Origin: a virus
UHGV virus genome: UHGV-1827629
Length of the DNA stretch: 16,097 nucleotides
Strand: one strand, 5' to 3'
Both the position numbers and the translations under genes were made by a program. Shown here piece by piece: positions 16,053 to 16,097 of this stretch; the first letter of the stretch is position 1; each line of letters starts with the position of its first letter. The notes under the pieces are model-generated. The model ran no database searches. It was given only the letters and a program-made list of their open reading frames with translations, and had not been told where the DNA came from.

Positions 16053-16097
16053 GGTGCCGATAATAGGAGTCGAACCTACGACCTTCGCATTACGAAT
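16053..16097 (-). tRNA. thrW: tRNA-Thr (anticodon CGU), 3' portion only (anticodon arm, T arm, acceptor 3' strand, CCA); 5' part lies beyond the window
   Basis: Reverse complement reads ATTCGTAATGCGAAGGTCGTAGGTTCGACTCCTATTATCGGCACCA: anticodon loop with CGT, GGTTCGA T-loop, 3' CCA. Matches my memory of enterobacterial thrW, a known prophage integration site. Confidence 0.75.

Overview
This window looks like the early/immunity half of a mosaic lambdoid prophage from an enterobacterium, ending at its integrase-proximal junction with a tRNA-Thr gene. Everything is inferred by reading the sequence and the ORF track; no searches were run, and all homology calls are from memory. Layout, left to right: (i) minus-strand rightward early operon, read leftward: cro, cII, a ClpX-type zinc-finger ORF, O (with ori iterons inside the gene), P, ren, then four tightly coupled accessory ORFs, the last running off the window start; (ii) a lambda-like immunity core: tripartite OR, leaderless-looking cI, a low-GC secreted-protein gene in the slot lambda uses for rexAB, an intrinsic terminator, and an inverted tripartite OL with a candidate pL; (iii) plus-strand leftward early operon: a ~550 bp ORF-poor leader with no recognisable N gene, small ORFs, a truncated gam-like ORF, bet, exo, a coupled three-gene cassette containing a PD-(D/E)XK nuclease, TraR-like and ASCH-like (frameshifted) genes, a MazG-like gene, xis, int; (iv) the 3' part of tRNA-Thr(CGU) on the minus strand 16 bp after int. 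No single obviously novel system stands out; the best candidates are the lysogen-expressed secreted moron next to cI, the ClpX zinc-finger mimic beside O, and the nuclease cassette downstream of exo. No CRISPR array, rRNA gene or IS element was seen.
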